IMG/VR virus record: IMGVR_UViG_3300012041_000021 | Length of the DNA stretch: 64,000 nt | Strand: one strand, 5' to 3' | Source of the DNA: an uncultured virus (IMG/VR IMGVR_UViG_3300012041_000021) | Lineage: Duplodnaviria > Heunggongvirae > Uroviricota > Caudoviricetes | Part shown: positions 1 to 10,436 of the stretch, piece after piece | Numbering within the stretch: position 1 is the stretch's first letter | Layout of the letters: every line of letters begins with the position of its first letter | Notes under the pieces: model-generated | Seen by the model: the letters and a program-made list of their open reading frames with translations, nothing else | The model's database searches: none | What the model was told of the DNA's origin: nothing | Position numbers and translations under genes: made by a program

Positions 1-1065
1 TCTGAATACATATTCTGCAACTTCTTTCAAGTGGTTTCTAGTGATACCGCCCGGTCTACCGTAAGTAATAATTTTACCACGACGTAGTTGATGCCATAAA
101 CCTTCATTCAATCTTGTAACTCCGTTAGAGCTTCTGAAAGTTCCTGCTTTTTGGAACATCAATTTGTTTGAAGTAATTTTTTCTAATTCACGCATAGTTA
201 AGAACTCCATAGTTGCTCCTAATTTTGCATTTTTCAAATCCGGTACTCTTTTACCTGCACCATTCGGTACTAAGTTAGTCAATAATGCAACGTCTTTTCC
301 TTGGAACTCATCTTCTAACATACCTAAGTATTGTTTAGATTGTGCGTCTCCTCCTGAGAAAGCTTTTGAGTCTGCCATACCTGTGATGTAGGCTTCAACT
401 CCTGAAGCAGCTCCTAAACGGAATTCACATTTCATTTTACCAACTGTATCAGGTAAGTCGAAATGAGAGAAGTTTGTACCTCTTTCACCAAGAATAGCGT
501 GACCTACTTTGTAATACTGAATACCTTTTAATAGGTTAGACTGTAAGAAGTAAGTTGATTTGTCATTGTCTACTAGAGTTACTGTGTGCTCCCAACCTTC
601 TGCGATAGGTACTACAGGCTCTTCATTTGTTACCATGATTTGTTGACCGTAATACTTGTCATTTGTCAAGATATCTCCTGTAGTGTAGGCTTTGTTTAAA
701 ACAATTTTAAACGAGTTACCATCAATACCCGGAAATGCTTGAGTTGAAGTGTCACGTACAGTGTAACATCCTTTGTAATCAACTACAGGAAGGTCGTAAG
801 TAAATCCTCCGTCCCATCCGTTAACTTCCAATACTGCTTTGTTTTTCAACAATTCGCGAAGAATTCCTGTATTGTAGTTACGAGTTGCTTGTTTGCCCCA
901 TAGGTTCATCAAACCTAAGTGATGTTTATCCGGGTCTTCTTTATACCATGAATACAAAGTTGGTAAGTCTTGTACCCCCTGAATTGAGGATACTGACTTC
1001 TTATCTGTAAACATGATTACTTGGTCACCGTTCACTATCGACGGAATATTCTGTTGTGTTACCAT
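1..1065 (-). CDS. Major capsid protein, crAss-like (3' end runs off the window)
   Basis: Open frame from ATG at 1065 to the window edge (MVTQQNIPSIVNGDQVIMFTDKK...NEGLWHQLRRGKIITYGRPGG), absent from the ORF track because it has no stop; position after portal and scaffold-like gene matches crAss-like gene order. Confidence 0.8.
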   Translation of the reverse strand, partial: MVTQQNIPSIVNGDQVIMFTDKKSVSSIQGVQDLPTLYSWYKEDPDKHHLGLMNLWGKQATRNYNTGILRELLKNKAVLEVNGWDGGFTYDLPVVDYKGCYTVRDTSTQAFPGIDGNSFKIVLNKAYTTGDILTNDKYYGQQIMVTNEEPVVPIAEGWEHTVTLVDNDKSTYFLQSNLLKGIQYYKVGHAILGERGTNFSHFDLPDTVGKMKCEFRLGAASGVEAYITGMADSKAFSGGDAQSKQYLGMLEDEFQGKDVALLTNLVPNGAGKRVPDLKNAKLGATMEFLTMRELEKITSNKLMFQKAGTFRSSNGVTRLNEGLWHQLRRGKIITYGRPGGITRNHLKEVAEYVFR

Positions 1066-1108
1066 TGTTAATTTAAGTTAATTTTGTTTTGTTTTATGAT
1101 TATGTTTA

Positions 1109-2212
1109 TTATTCAAACGTCATACCTGCAAAAGGACTTGAAGTGTCTTCTTTCTCTTCTTCTTTTTTGCTAGTAGTTTTTGAAGTGTCTCTAATAATGT
1201 TTATCTTTTTAAGGATATCTTTATTCACTTCTTTTTTAGTGTTGTTTGTAGCTTTCTTTAAATACTCTTCTTTATCTAAAGCGAAAAAGATTAAGTCTTT
1301 TGCTGTCTTCGGGTCTTTTAATAGATTGTCAAGGATTTCGTCAATCTCTAAATCTCCATCTTTAGTGTACTTAGTAGCTACATCTACAAACTTTCTAACC
1401 ATAGTATCTGACAACTCTTCTGTTTTTAACTCAGCCGATAAGTCTTTTCTATATGATTTTATTCTTTCCTGCTCCTCTGCTTTTTCTTGTTGAACCGCTT
1501 TGGCTTCCCCTTCAATTTTTGCTTTGAATTGGTCTTTTTGGTAGTTGACAATACTCTCCGCTTTACGGTCAAGTGTCATGTCTTCCTTAGCAATACCTAT
1601 AAGGGCTTTTCTTTCTCGCTCTGATTTCCCTTCTTGTTTGTAATACCAATCTAATACTTGTTCGTTGTGAACATCGTTGTTGTTGTCATACCCTTGAAAA
1701 GGTTCTTCTAGTTGTGCAGGATTTTCAAATAACTCTTTTGCTCTGTCTAAGTCTCCCGACTTTACAATTTCAATTAAAGCTTTTTGAGTTTCATTTAAAC
1801 CGTCTACAGAAACATACTTAGTCTTAAGGTCTTCTTTCTTAGTTTTATCAAACTCTTCAGTTAAACTCTTATATGTCTCTTGGTCAATTGTAGTTAATTC
1901 AGATAGTTTCTTTTCCTCTCCATCAATCTCTACAATCACGTCTTCCCATTCTCCTGAAGCTAACTTTTCTTTAGCTAGTTCATTGTAGATAGTTGGTTGT
2001 ACGTTTAAAGTGATTTCCGGTTCTACTTCTTTTGGTAGTTCCGGTTCTTTTAATGTTTCGACTTCTTTTTCTTTCTCCTCTTCTTTAATAGTCGGTTTGT
2101 CTTCTTCTAAAGATATTTGAATTTCAGGTTCTTGATTCCCTTGTTCTCCATCTAAGTCGAAGTTAGCCATTCCTACTAACTGTTCAAATGATAAGTCTGT
2201 GTGGTTTTCCAT
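1109..2212 (-). CDS. Acidic coiled-coil protein between portal and MCP (scaffold / crAss gene-77-like)
   Basis: 367 aa, E/K-rich, helical; synteny. Confidence 0.55.
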   Translation of the reverse strand: MENHTDLSFEQLVGMANFDLDGEQGNQEPEIQISLEEDKPTIKEEEKEKEVETLKEPELPKEVEPEITLNVQPTIYNELAKEKLASGEWEDVIVEIDGEEKKLSELTTIDQETYKSLTEEFDKTKKEDLKTKYVSVDGLNETQKALIEIVKSGDLDRAKELFENPAQLEEPFQGYDNNNDVHNEQVLDWYYKQEGKSERERKALIGIAKEDMTLDRKAESIVNYQKDQFKAKIEGEAKAVQQEKAEEQERIKSYRKDLSAELKTEELSDTMVRKFVDVATKYTKDGDLEIDEILDNLLKDPKTAKDLIFFALDKEEYLKKATNNTKKEVNKDILKKINIIRDTSKTTSKKEEEKEDTSSPFAGMTFE

Positions 2213-2306
2213 TTACGGTGCAAATTTAAGTTGGTTTTTTTAAATTACAAAATATGTTAAATTTGTAACTTTTCTGTTAAAAGCTATTTAATTGGTTAAA
2301 TAGTGG

Positions 2307-5099
2307 TTAATTCTTGACATTTTTGTCAATACTGTTTCTAAAGCTATTCTCTTTTGAAGTTTGCATTTGCTCTCTCTTGATTTGAATATCTTCAGCTCTC
2401 ATTCTAAGCTCTTCGTCAATCTTCTTCATTTTAGCTTCTTCTGCTTTTGTCTTTGTCTCTAAAGCATTTTCTTTCATGGAAAGTTCTCTGTCTTTATAAT
2501 CATTGTCAAGAGCTTGTTGAGTAGCCTCATTGATTTGAGCATATCCGCTTTCTGCTGCTTGATTAGCAGTAGCTCTTCCAAGTGCGTTGATTCTTTCTGC
2601 TTCTATTCTAGCCTCTCTGTCTAAAGCTGATTCAGATGCTTTAAAGTCTCTTTCTGCTTGTGTCTCTTGAGCCTTAGCTTGTAATTGTTTGTCTACTAAT
2701 TGTTGTTCGTGGTCTCTTTGAGCTTGAGTTTCTTTCTGTGTATTTTCTCTTGATTGTCTAGCAACTGCAACTAATTCTGTGAACGTGTCTGCGGTATACA
2801 TTTCTGCATATCCTAATACGTCTGCTCCTAAAGTATTTGTTTTTAATAGAGTATCTTTGAAGGTCTCTATCTCTCTACGCTTCTTAGGGTCGTTAACAGG
2901 TGTTAAACTTAATCTTCTTAGAGGGAAATCCGCGTCGGTCAAGTTCATGTAATGTTTATCTCCATCACTTGCTGTGAATACGAAATCAACGTCTATGTAT
3001 TCTTTTTGGCAATATTGAGCTACAGCTAAATGTAATTCCATAGCTTTTGTTCTAGCTATCGACATGTCTGTAAAGATATCTGCTGTTGCATCATATTGTG
3101 CTTCTGCTCCTTGTTGTACTCCGGTTGCTGTTTCATAAGTGGTTGCTTCTCCTAATCTTTGTGGAGTAAAACCTACTTGCTCTAAAGCTTTTTGGAAGTA
3201 GTAGTTTGACAGTTGAATACGACTGTTTATTTGTTTGTCAAAAGATACATCCTGAACCATGAAAGTATTCATGTTCTGCGCTCCTTCTAAATTCTGTTTC
3301 TTAGTATCTAAAGGTACGAAGCCAATGTCTTTAGCTAAAGAGTGTAATTTCTCTAAAGATTCTTCAATCGTTCCGTGGTCTTTGTACTCTGAAGGTAAGA
3401 AGTTAATGTCAAATAAGAAGAACATTCCAATCTCTTTTTCAAGTAAATTGAAAATCTGATTTAAACAGATGTTATAACCAATTTGATATGGTCTTAATCT
3501 CTGCGCCATACCATTAGTTATGATACCTGCTACAGGAAGTTTAACGTCAAATATGTTACTGTCTCCTTTTATTTGGTATGGAAGTGGTTCGATGTCTAAG
3601 TATAAATCTTCTGATAAGAATGAATTACCTGCATTAATTTTAATTCCTTTCCATATTTCCGGCACGTAAAACTCATACATTGTGTTATCCTTTAACTCCT
3701 CTTTTCTTAAATCAGAAAGGGCTTTATTGGATACTTTTTTAATCTCATGAGCTTCTATGAATTCCGGTAACAGTTCATCTGTTACAATCTCTGTAGTTGA
3801 ATAACCTTGTTTAGTGGTGTAATTTAAGAACCACATCTTTTTCCAACTTCTCCAATATGCTTCAGTTACTTGCAATAAGTCCGTTCTTACAGTGATGTCG
3901 TCTCTTCTGTGTTGACTATATCCATAACCTAAGTAGTTATTGTTTTGGAAAGGGTGTAACCATGAAGGTACTCTTTGTTCTCCATCCGGCGTGTCTATAA
4001 CATTTTCCCCCATAGGGATGTCAAGAGCGTCCTGCATTTGAAGTCCTAAATCGTAATCATAGTAGTTGTGGAAAGGTAGTAATTGGTTTTGACCGAAAAA
4101 GTGACTGTTCCAAGAGCTAGGTTTTGCATTATCTCTTGCGTTCCCGGCTGCTTCGTATTTCTTTTGCAGGTCTTTAATTTGAATTGCAGTCATTAAGTGA
4201 CCGTACCTTTTAGTAATGTCTGAAACAGAAATGTAGTGAATCCTTCCTACATACTCCCCGTCTTGTGGGTTTTCTGCGTTTACGTCTTTTGAGAAGAATG
4301 TTTCCAAAGGAGACCATCTTTCCGGTTTGTAATAATCATATCCTACGTAGTAGTGTCTGAAGAATCTCCCGGTAAGTAAATAATCCTCCATTTCAGTTCT
4401 ATCTAGCTTATCTAGTTTGAATCTGTCTTGGTCTTTTTCTAAAGTGTGTTCAGCCCATTCAGCCGCTTTAGTTTTGAAGTTTTTGGACATTTCTTTTTCA
4501 ATGACTTCAGGAGGAAGGATTTTAGCCTTTTCCTGTTCGACCATTTCCATGTACTGTTGCTTCTCTTCTTCGGATTTAAATTCTTGTCCCGTTGGGTTTA
4601 TCCCCATTCTTAAAAGCTCTAGTTCAAGTTCTTTTTTGAATGTCTCTGTGGCGAATTCTTGCGTGCGTCTAGTTCTCTCTCTAAGATAATCATTCTCTGA
4701 AATTTCATCAGTAGTGTCTATCTTAAAGTTGTCCTTTTGTTTAAGCCACTCTCCTACGATTTTTCTAACTAAAATTCCAATGAAATCATAGTGCTTAACG
4801 AAGGTAGGTATCCCAACGCCATCTCCTAATTCTTTAATCCTGCCTAAAATACCGTCGTCTTGAATACCATAATCTGAATATACAAGTCTTCCTTCGACCA
4901 TTTTGTAATAGTCTCTAAAGTGTGAGTTTTCAGCTAATTGTGATATACCTATGGATTCCAAAGCATCCATATTTAGATGCTTAAATGAATCCTTTTTCTT
5001 GGTGTTATCCGATACGGTTTGTGCGGGTAGCGAATTAGTGTGTATATTTGTAGAGCCCAATCCGTCATAAAACGGGTGGTTTTCGATTCCTGTACTCAT
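2307..5099 (-). CDS. Portal protein, crAss-like
   Basis: 930 aa next to terminase; long C-terminal coiled coil; size and synteny typical of crAss-like portals. Confidence 0.8.
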   Translation of the reverse strand: MSTGIENHPFYDGLGSTNIHTNSLPAQTVSDNTKKKDSFKHLNMDALESIGISQLAENSHFRDYYKMVEGRLVYSDYGIQDDGILGRIKELGDGVGIPTFVKHYDFIGILVRKIVGEWLKQKDNFKIDTTDEISENDYLRERTRRTQEFATETFKKELELELLRMGINPTGQEFKSEEEKQQYMEMVEQEKAKILPPEVIEKEMSKNFKTKAAEWAEHTLEKDQDRFKLDKLDRTEMEDYLLTGRFFRHYYVGYDYYKPERWSPLETFFSKDVNAENPQDGEYVGRIHYISVSDITKRYGHLMTAIQIKDLQKKYEAAGNARDNAKPSSWNSHFFGQNQLLPFHNYYDYDLGLQMQDALDIPMGENVIDTPDGEQRVPSWLHPFQNNNYLGYGYSQHRRDDITVRTDLLQVTEAYWRSWKKMWFLNYTTKQGYSTTEIVTDELLPEFIEAHEIKKVSNKALSDLRKEELKDNTMYEFYVPEIWKGIKINAGNSFLSEDLYLDIEPLPYQIKGDSNIFDVKLPVAGIITNGMAQRLRPYQIGYNICLNQIFNLLEKEIGMFFLFDINFLPSEYKDHGTIEESLEKLHSLAKDIGFVPLDTKKQNLEGAQNMNTFMVQDVSFDKQINSRIQLSNYYFQKALEQVGFTPQRLGEATTYETATGVQQGAEAQYDATADIFTDMSIARTKAMELHLAVAQYCQKEYIDVDFVFTASDGDKHYMNLTDADFPLRRLSLTPVNDPKKRREIETFKDTLLKTNTLGADVLGYAEMYTADTFTELVAVARQSRENTQKETQAQRDHEQQLVDKQLQAKAQETQAERDFKASESALDREARIEAERINALGRATANQAAESGYAQINEATQQALDNDYKDRELSMKENALETKTKAEEAKMKKIDEELRMRAEDIQIKREQMQTSKENSFRNSIDKNVKN

Positions 5100-5152
5100 T
5101 GTCTATATTTAATTAATTTGCAAAATTATTACTTATTGCTGTAAATGCCAAA

Positions 5153-7834
5153 TTAGTTAAAAGGGTTGCTCTTTCCTCTAGTCCCATACATCCTTTCTGC
5201 AAGTGTTTTTTGTCTAGGTTTTTTAACGTTCTCTTCTTCTCTTTTTTTCTTTCTATTTAGTACCGGGAATAGGTAGTTCTGATGTGCGTAATACTCATAT
5301 CCTAAACATGACATGAACGATGTTATCCTATCGACGTTATTGTCAGGTCGGTAAGAAATCATCTCCTCTAAAAGTCCTATGTCATTAATCAAGTCTATTC
5401 CTAGTATTTGCTTATCTTCTCCATTCTCGTCCTTGACAGTGTGTTCTGCTGTGACGTAAGCTCTTACTAAGTTCTTCAAGAATTTGATATTTTCTACAGA
5501 AGGATTCCATCCGTACTTTCTTCTTCCAATACTCTTTTGCGCCATGTCTGATTTAAAGTCAAAACTCTCTACCATCCACATATCTGTTGCTCTCTTCCGG
5601 TCTAAATACTCTTTAAAACCTAAATCGGCGTTTTCTAAGAATACCATAGCGTTGTAGGCTTTCATAGCTAAGAATATCTGTCTGTAAAGTTTGTTGTGTG
5701 GGTCGGGTCTTGAAGCTATTGAGAACACTATTCTCCCACTCCATTCGTCCCCTCCCATGCTAACTTTATATATGTGGAAAGAACCTACTGAATCTGTTCC
5801 TGACTCATCTTGTTTGTAGTCGTCAAATCCGGCTAGATACAAATATGGTACAGGTGTTTCTGAAGGTAACTCTTCATACATTACGCCGGGAGCGTCAATA
5901 TACCCACCTCCATAAGGATAGTCTGCTAGAGGTTTACTGTGCGCTGTTTCATAGTGTATTTTACCTTGAGCGTCTTCAATTAATACTACCTTTTTTCCGT
6001 GGTCTCCTGTTTCTAAGAGGTAGTGTTTTCTATTCTGTGCTTCTACAGCAGGGAAGATGTTATCTTCTGAAGACATAAAACAATCTTCAGGGTCAATTGG
6101 ATACTGAACTCTTTTCTGTTGTTCTAAAAGTTTTCCTTTTGAGCCTCCCATTTTCTTGGCTGCGTCTATTCCGTCTTTTAATAGCTTCGTGTTATTCTCC
6201 CAATTAGTTGTGTGGATTGTTATTTTCCCTAACTCTTTATCTTTGATACCTAAAAAATCTGAAAAGTTTTCTTCCTTTTTTATAAATCCATCTTCATATG
6301 CCATTTGTCCCGGAAAGTAAGTAGCAAATCTTCTTCTTTTCCAAGTGATGTGTTCCGGGTCTATGTGATTTTCTAATAAGTCCCAATCCATAGGAAGTAA
6401 ATCGTAAGCTTCCGGGTTGGATAGTACGTCTACAGCATCTCTTGAAAGGTCACTTTCCCCGCCCGTACCTGCTAATACAGTTATACACTTAAACCCATAA
6501 GGGGTTTTAAATGAAGGTAGTGCTGCTAAGTAAGGTTTTAAGAAAGCATATTTACCAATCTCATCATAGATAGAAACTGATGGTGCTAGACCTGCTGTTT
6601 TCTGTGTTTTTGATTTCGCTCCGGCTTCTAAGTTCTGTACAATAAGTGTTGAGAAAACTCTTGGAGTTTGAGAATCTTCTCTAATTCCGAAAGTTGTGTT
6701 ACCGTTTTCCCACTCCTGTTGCATAATATCTAACCTAAGAGGTTCTTCAATGAAACTCATGGAGGTCTTAACCTTACTTGTTAAAGCGTTAATATCCGAA
6801 GAACTTCCTCCAATGATAGTACCAAAAGAGTTAAATTTAGTAATTGTTCTCCAATGCGCTAAAGATGCTAAGATTACTGATTTTCCGAAACGTCTAGTTC
6901 CGTACATTAAGATTGCTTTCGCGTAGTAGTTCTCATTTTCAGGGTGAATACACTTTTTCAAGTTTTCTGCGAAGAACCATTCATTGTCCCGTAAGTCCGG
7001 TTGGATGTTCGGCTCTGAACCGTCTTTTTGTGGGATAGGTGTTCTGAAGAAGTTTAAGTGGAAATATAGCCAAGGGTGGATGAAGTATCCGGCTATAGTC
7101 ACTCCATGTTGTATCTTATTATACTCTTCTGCCCAAAATTGAAGGACTACCGGGTCTTGGTCGAAGTAGTGTTTTTTATTGTTCCATTTAGGGATATCTT
7201 TAGGATTCATGTTTATGAACATCTCCTTTGAAGTCCTTAAACTCCACTCAACACTTATATTATTTGTTTTCTCCCGGACATCTTCTCTAACTAAAGAAAG
7301 TAATTCTCTAGTTATGAAAGGTGCTTTTTTATCGTTATAGAAAACAACTTTAGATTTATCAAATTCTTCTTCGTTTTCATTGAAGTTGAATTCGGATATT
7401 TCTTTCTGTAGTTTTGTTGTTTGCCGGAAAAGTAAGTTGTGAAAAGCAATCTCTTCTGAGCGTAGGTTTTGGTAAGGTATAAGCTCAATGTCTACTTCTT
7501 CATTGTAAGAATCTGACCTGTCTATGTGGATTTTAATAATCTCAATCCCTTCTCTTACAAAGTCTTTATAAGCCTTTAAATGTGTGTCGGCAGCAGCTTC
7601 CTTGACAAAGTACTTTAAAGTGTCTGAAACCATAGCTAAAAGGTTATTCTGAACTATAGACTCATTCTTTCTGAACTCTAATTCATTGTTCAGTTTTTTA
7701 TAGGACGCATCTTCATCTGCTAAATCTCCCAAGACGGGTTTTGTCAGTGTCCAATCATTCTTTATAATATAATCCTTGTACTTACGTAACTGTGGTATTT
7801 TTTTCTTTGTGTACTCGTTGATAAAATCTGACAT
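5153..7834 (-). CDS. terL: Terminase large subunit
   Basis: Walker A-like GTRRFGKS, Walker B SIYDEIG, coupling motif LAGTGG, RNase H-like nuclease motif AGFDDY, C-terminal NVDRI. Confidence 0.9.
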   Translation of the reverse strand: MSDFINEYTKKKIPQLRKYKDYIIKNDWTLTKPVLGDLADEDASYKKLNNELEFRKNESIVQNNLLAMVSDTLKYFVKEAAADTHLKAYKDFVREGIEIIKIHIDRSDSYNEEVDIELIPYQNLRSEEIAFHNLLFRQTTKLQKEISEFNFNENEEEFDKSKVVFYNDKKAPFITRELLSLVREDVREKTNNISVEWSLRTSKEMFINMNPKDIPKWNNKKHYFDQDPVVLQFWAEEYNKIQHGVTIAGYFIHPWLYFHLNFFRTPIPQKDGSEPNIQPDLRDNEWFFAENLKKCIHPENENYYAKAILMYGTRRFGKSVILASLAHWRTITKFNSFGTIIGGSSSDINALTSKVKTSMSFIEEPLRLDIMQQEWENGNTTFGIREDSQTPRVFSTLIVQNLEAGAKSKTQKTAGLAPSVSIYDEIGKYAFLKPYLAALPSFKTPYGFKCITVLAGTGGESDLSRDAVDVLSNPEAYDLLPMDWDLLENHIDPEHITWKRRRFATYFPGQMAYEDGFIKKEENFSDFLGIKDKELGKITIHTTNWENNTKLLKDGIDAAKKMGGSKGKLLEQQKRVQYPIDPEDCFMSSEDNIFPAVEAQNRKHYLLETGDHGKKVVLIEDAQGKIHYETAHSKPLADYPYGGGYIDAPGVMYEELPSETPVPYLYLAGFDDYKQDESGTDSVGSFHIYKVSMGGDEWSGRIVFSIASRPDPHNKLYRQIFLAMKAYNAMVFLENADLGFKEYLDRKRATDMWMVESFDFKSDMAQKSIGRRKYGWNPSVENIKFLKNLVRAYVTAEHTVKDENGEDKQILGIDLINDIGLLEEMISYRPDNNVDRITSFMSCLGYEYYAHQNYLFPVLNRKKKREEENVKKPRQKTLAERMYGTRGKSNPFN

Positions 7835-7876
7835 GTTATATAAGATTAAAAGCTCCCTTTTGAGGAGCTCTTGTTT

Positions 7877-8314
7877 TTAATTTGGGGTTAGCATCTTCAT
7901 TAGAGGGCTGTCTAATACCTGTCGTCTAGCTTCAGCTAATAGCTCCTCGTCCGTAGGGGTAAAGTCTCCTTTTTCAATTGCAAAGATGGTCTTAGCTTTG
8001 AACCTTAAGGAAGTGTTGTAGAAATCTTTGATATCTTGAGGCAAGTCATCTTCTCCGATTTCATAGTAGGAAGCAATGAAGAACATTAAGTTCTCAAAGT
8101 GCATTCTTAATTGAGAGTTTAAAATCATGCTGTCGATGTACAGATTTTTAAATTTCTCTACTTCTTCATCATTATCTAGGGAAGTTACAGTATTTTTGAA
8201 GATACCTTCTTTTCCTTTTAACTCTTCGTTTTTTGCTTGTACTAAGGTATCAAACTCTTTATACTTAGCGTGTAACTCAATCAACTTATCTTTAAATTGT
8301 GACATCTTTCTCAT
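7877..8314 (-). CDS. Hypothetical protein
   Basis: 145-aa ORF co-oriented and tightly packed in the late module. Confidence 0.6.
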   Translation of the reverse strand: MRKMSQFKDKLIELHAKYKEFDTLVQAKNEELKGKEGIFKNTVTSLDNDEEVEKFKNLYIDSMILNSQLRMHFENLMFFIASYYEIGEDDLPQDIKDFYNTSLRFKAKTIFAIEKGDFTPTDEELLAEARRQVLDSPLMKMLTPN

Positions 8315-8492
8315 TTTCTATTGCGCCATTAAAGGCTGTGAATAACTCTTCATCTGTTTTTGTTAGAAGTTGTTTTACTTCTTTTACTCCGGCTGCTCTT
8401 AAAGCGGAATACAACACTTCGCCTAAACTATAGTCCGGGAACTGTTTTGCGAATTCTGAGAGTTCGCGTATTGCTGTATTTTTAAAATTCAT
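8292..8492 (-). CDS. Hypothetical protein
   Basis: 66-aa ORF overlapping its neighbour in the same orientation. Confidence 0.6.
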   Translation of the reverse strand: MNFKNTAIRELSEFAKQFPDYSLGEVLYSALRAAGVKEVKQLLTKTDEELFTAFNGAIENEKDVTI

Positions 8493-8495
8493 ATC

Positions 8496-8813
8496 TTATA
8501 CTATTTGTCCTTTTAAATTAAATATAATTGCTTGTTGTGTTCCGTCTTGTAACAGTACTGTTTCTGTTACGTTTTGGTTAATTGTTCCGACCTTATTCGA
8601 GTCGTAAACTATCGTTAGTTTTATCCCGGTTGGTGTAATCTCAATTGAGGGTGCTGTACAACCGCATGATTTCTTAACCGTTAAGTGCTCTACGTCGGAG
8701 ATGTTTATTTCTACCTTAGTATTAGCTCCTTTTTTAATTACTCCATATCTTAAGTCGTATACTTGGTTTTTTACGATTTCTGTTAGGCGTTGGGAGTTGC
8801 TTGTTATTACCAT
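8496..8813 (-). CDS. DUF1573-like Ig-fold protein
   Basis: VKKSCGCT motif followed by beta-strand pattern typical of Bacteroidota DUF1573. Confidence 0.6.
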   Translation of the reverse strand: MVITSNSQRLTEIVKNQVYDLRYGVIKKGANTKVEINISDVEHLTVKKSCGCTAPSIEITPTGIKLTIVYDSNKVGTINQNVTETVLLQDGTQQAIIFNLKGQIV

Positions 8814-9106
8814 TTTTTAAGTGGGCATTTTAAATCTTCATCTTCTTGAGTTGTTTTGTGAATTAGTTGGCAGCCGCACTTTACGCATGTGCTGTCATCG
8901 TCTACTACTATTCCCCAAAAAAGATTAAGAATGTTGTTAAACAATATGTAAAATCTGTCTTTAATTGATTTCTGTTCTTTGTTGTTTGAGTTAAAGGGGC
9001 ATTGGGCGCATATTTTCAACCGTTGCATTTGCTCTGCTGTAATATCTGTTTTGAAATTGCGCCTACTTTTTATTGCCGCTTTTAAACTTTTTATTGTACC
9101 ATTCAT
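8807..9106 (-). CDS. Cys-rich putative Zn-binding protein
   Basis: RLKICAQCP...CVKCGC...CPLKKW. Confidence 0.6.
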   Translation of the reverse strand: MNGTIKSLKAAIKSRRNFKTDITAEQMQRLKICAQCPFNSNNKEQKSIKDRFYILFNNILNLFWGIVVDDDSTCVKCGCQLIHKTTQEDEDLKCPLKKW

Positions 9107-9527
9107 TGTGTTTTTCTTCTAATGCTTTCCAATATGTATAAAATAGTGGGATTGGGGTTCTTGCTTTTGCTCCTAAAATAACGTGATTCTGTTTTATAAA
9201 CAAAGGAAGATTGAAATTCTTTAATTTATTTCCTTCCAAATCTAACAGTTCTTTCATCTTAACTATCTTAGCTGCGATAGGAAGGTGTGATGCAGTCCAT
9301 TTAGTGTAGGATAAACCTAAAAGATAATTGAATCTTAATCTGCCTAAATACGGTAATTTAATTATCAAAGCATCCGGTTCGTTCTTAACTAAGTGTTGAA
9401 TATATTCGTGATGTAAATCTAACATCTCAACCAATAACTCTCTTGGCTTTCCGGTTCTTTCTGTCCAAATATCTATCAACTCGTCGGTTAAGACTATTGG
9501 TTTTCTTTTGGCTTCCTGATTAAACAT
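9063..9527 (-). CDS. HU/IHF-like DNA-binding protein (putative)
   Basis: Helix-helix followed by IKLPYLGRLRF, resembling the HU/IHF G-x-F beta signature; crAss-like phages carry IHF-like genes near terL. Confidence 0.4.
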   Translation of the reverse strand: MFNQEAKRKPIVLTDELIDIWTERTGKPRELLVEMLDLHHEYIQHLVKNEPDALIIKLPYLGRLRFNYLLGLSYTKWTASHLPIAAKIVKMKELLDLEGNKLKNFNLPLFIKQNHVILGAKARTPIPLFYTYWKALEEKHNEWYNKKFKSGNKK

Positions 9528-9894
9528 CGGCTCTCTCGAATATCAAGGCGTAAAGGTTCTTTTTATCCTCTACAAAGGACTTTCTAATGTATTCCATATC
9601 TTTAGACAGTGTGGATTTTCTAAGGTTTGTAACGCCTAGATTTAAGTATCCTTTATCTCTTAGCCAATGGTTTGCAACTCTGATATCTCCATTTGTTTTT
9701 CCTTCGTCGTCTTTTATCCATTCAACAGCTTCTTCTGTAAAACCATATTTGATGTAGTACTTTAGAACTGTCATTTCAAACGGTCTGATTGCTGCTCGGT
9801 TTCCTATGGCGTAGATAGACAATATAATTTCAATTAAGTCTAAATCGTTAGCGTAATGTATCTTTAGTGCAGGTAGTGTTTTTTCTTTGCTCAT
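9520..9894 (-). CDS. Hypothetical protein (possible winged helix)
   Basis: 124-aa ORF with upstream TAATTTTG -7 element. Confidence 0.55.
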   Translation of the reverse strand: MSKEKTLPALKIHYANDLDLIEIILSIYAIGNRAAIRPFEMTVLKYYIKYGFTEEAVEWIKDDEGKTNGDIRVANHWLRDKGYLNLGVTNLRKSTLSKDMEYIRKSFVEDKKNLYALIFERADV

Positions 9895-9948
9895 CGTTTA
9901 ATAAAAGACAAAATTAGTGGTTATGTTTTAATAATCCTAGACAATTAA

Positions 9949-10185
9949 CTAAACATTAACGTTTGGTTGAAATCTGAATAGGGAGAAAAAGAAAGATTCA
10001 ATCATTCTCTTAATTGTGCTCATAGATAAATTGTCATCCATTTCGTAGAGTCTGTAGGCATCAAAAGTAATCGTGTCTATAAAATCTTTATTTTGGCTGA
10101 TGTAATCTTCTGTTACTATCCTTGCGGAGATGTTTCCCCACAATTGTTCGTAAAAATCTTCGTAAGGTAGATGTTGTTTTTCCAT
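9949..10185 (-). CDS. Hypothetical protein, probably leaderless mRNA
   Basis: Minus strand reads TATCTTTG-CGGC-ATG, putting the -7 box 4 nt from the start codon. Confidence 0.6.
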   Translation of the reverse strand: MEKQHLPYEDFYEQLWGNISARIVTEDYISQNKDFIDTITFDAYRLYEMDDNLSMSTIKRMIESFFFSLFRFQPNVNV

Positions 10186-10244
10186 GCCGCAAAGATATTA
10201 AATATAATTTAATTACACAAATTAGTTAAACACGCTTTAATTAA

Positions 10245-10276
10245 TTTGGATATGTAATTACATTGTTGTATATTTG
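10245..10276 (+). promoter_or_regulatory. Bacteroidota sigma70-type promoter with palindromic operator
   Basis: TTTG (10245) and TATATTTG (10269); perfect palindrome ATGTAATTACAT at 10252-10263 in the spacer. Confidence 0.7.
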
Positions 10277-10301
10277 CTGAATAAATTTAAACCTTATAAA
10301 T

Positions 10302-10436
10302 ATGAAAACAAAATTATTACAATTAAGAATTGAAGAAGTCCTTTTAAAAGATTTAGAAAAGTTGGCAGAATCAAATGCGTTATCTGTATCTGCTCAGGTT
10401 AGGATGCTAATTAAACATGCACTTAAAAATGGCTAA
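10302..10436 (+). CDS. Ribbon-helix-helix (CopG/Arc-like) repressor, 44 aa
   Basis: Below ORF-track cutoff; MKTKLLQLRIEEVLLKDLEKLAESNALSVSAQVRMLIKHALKNG has the beta-strand/helix/helix RHH pattern. Confidence 0.75.
   Translation: MKTKLLQLRIEEVLLKDLEKLAESNALSVSAQVRMLIKHALKNG

Noticed and set aside
164..8345. Plus-strand ORFs at 164, 1089, 3259, 4417, 5845, 6696 and 8127, and similar antisense ORFs elsewhere
   Set aside because: Shadows of real genes on the opposite strand, with S/F/L-rich composition
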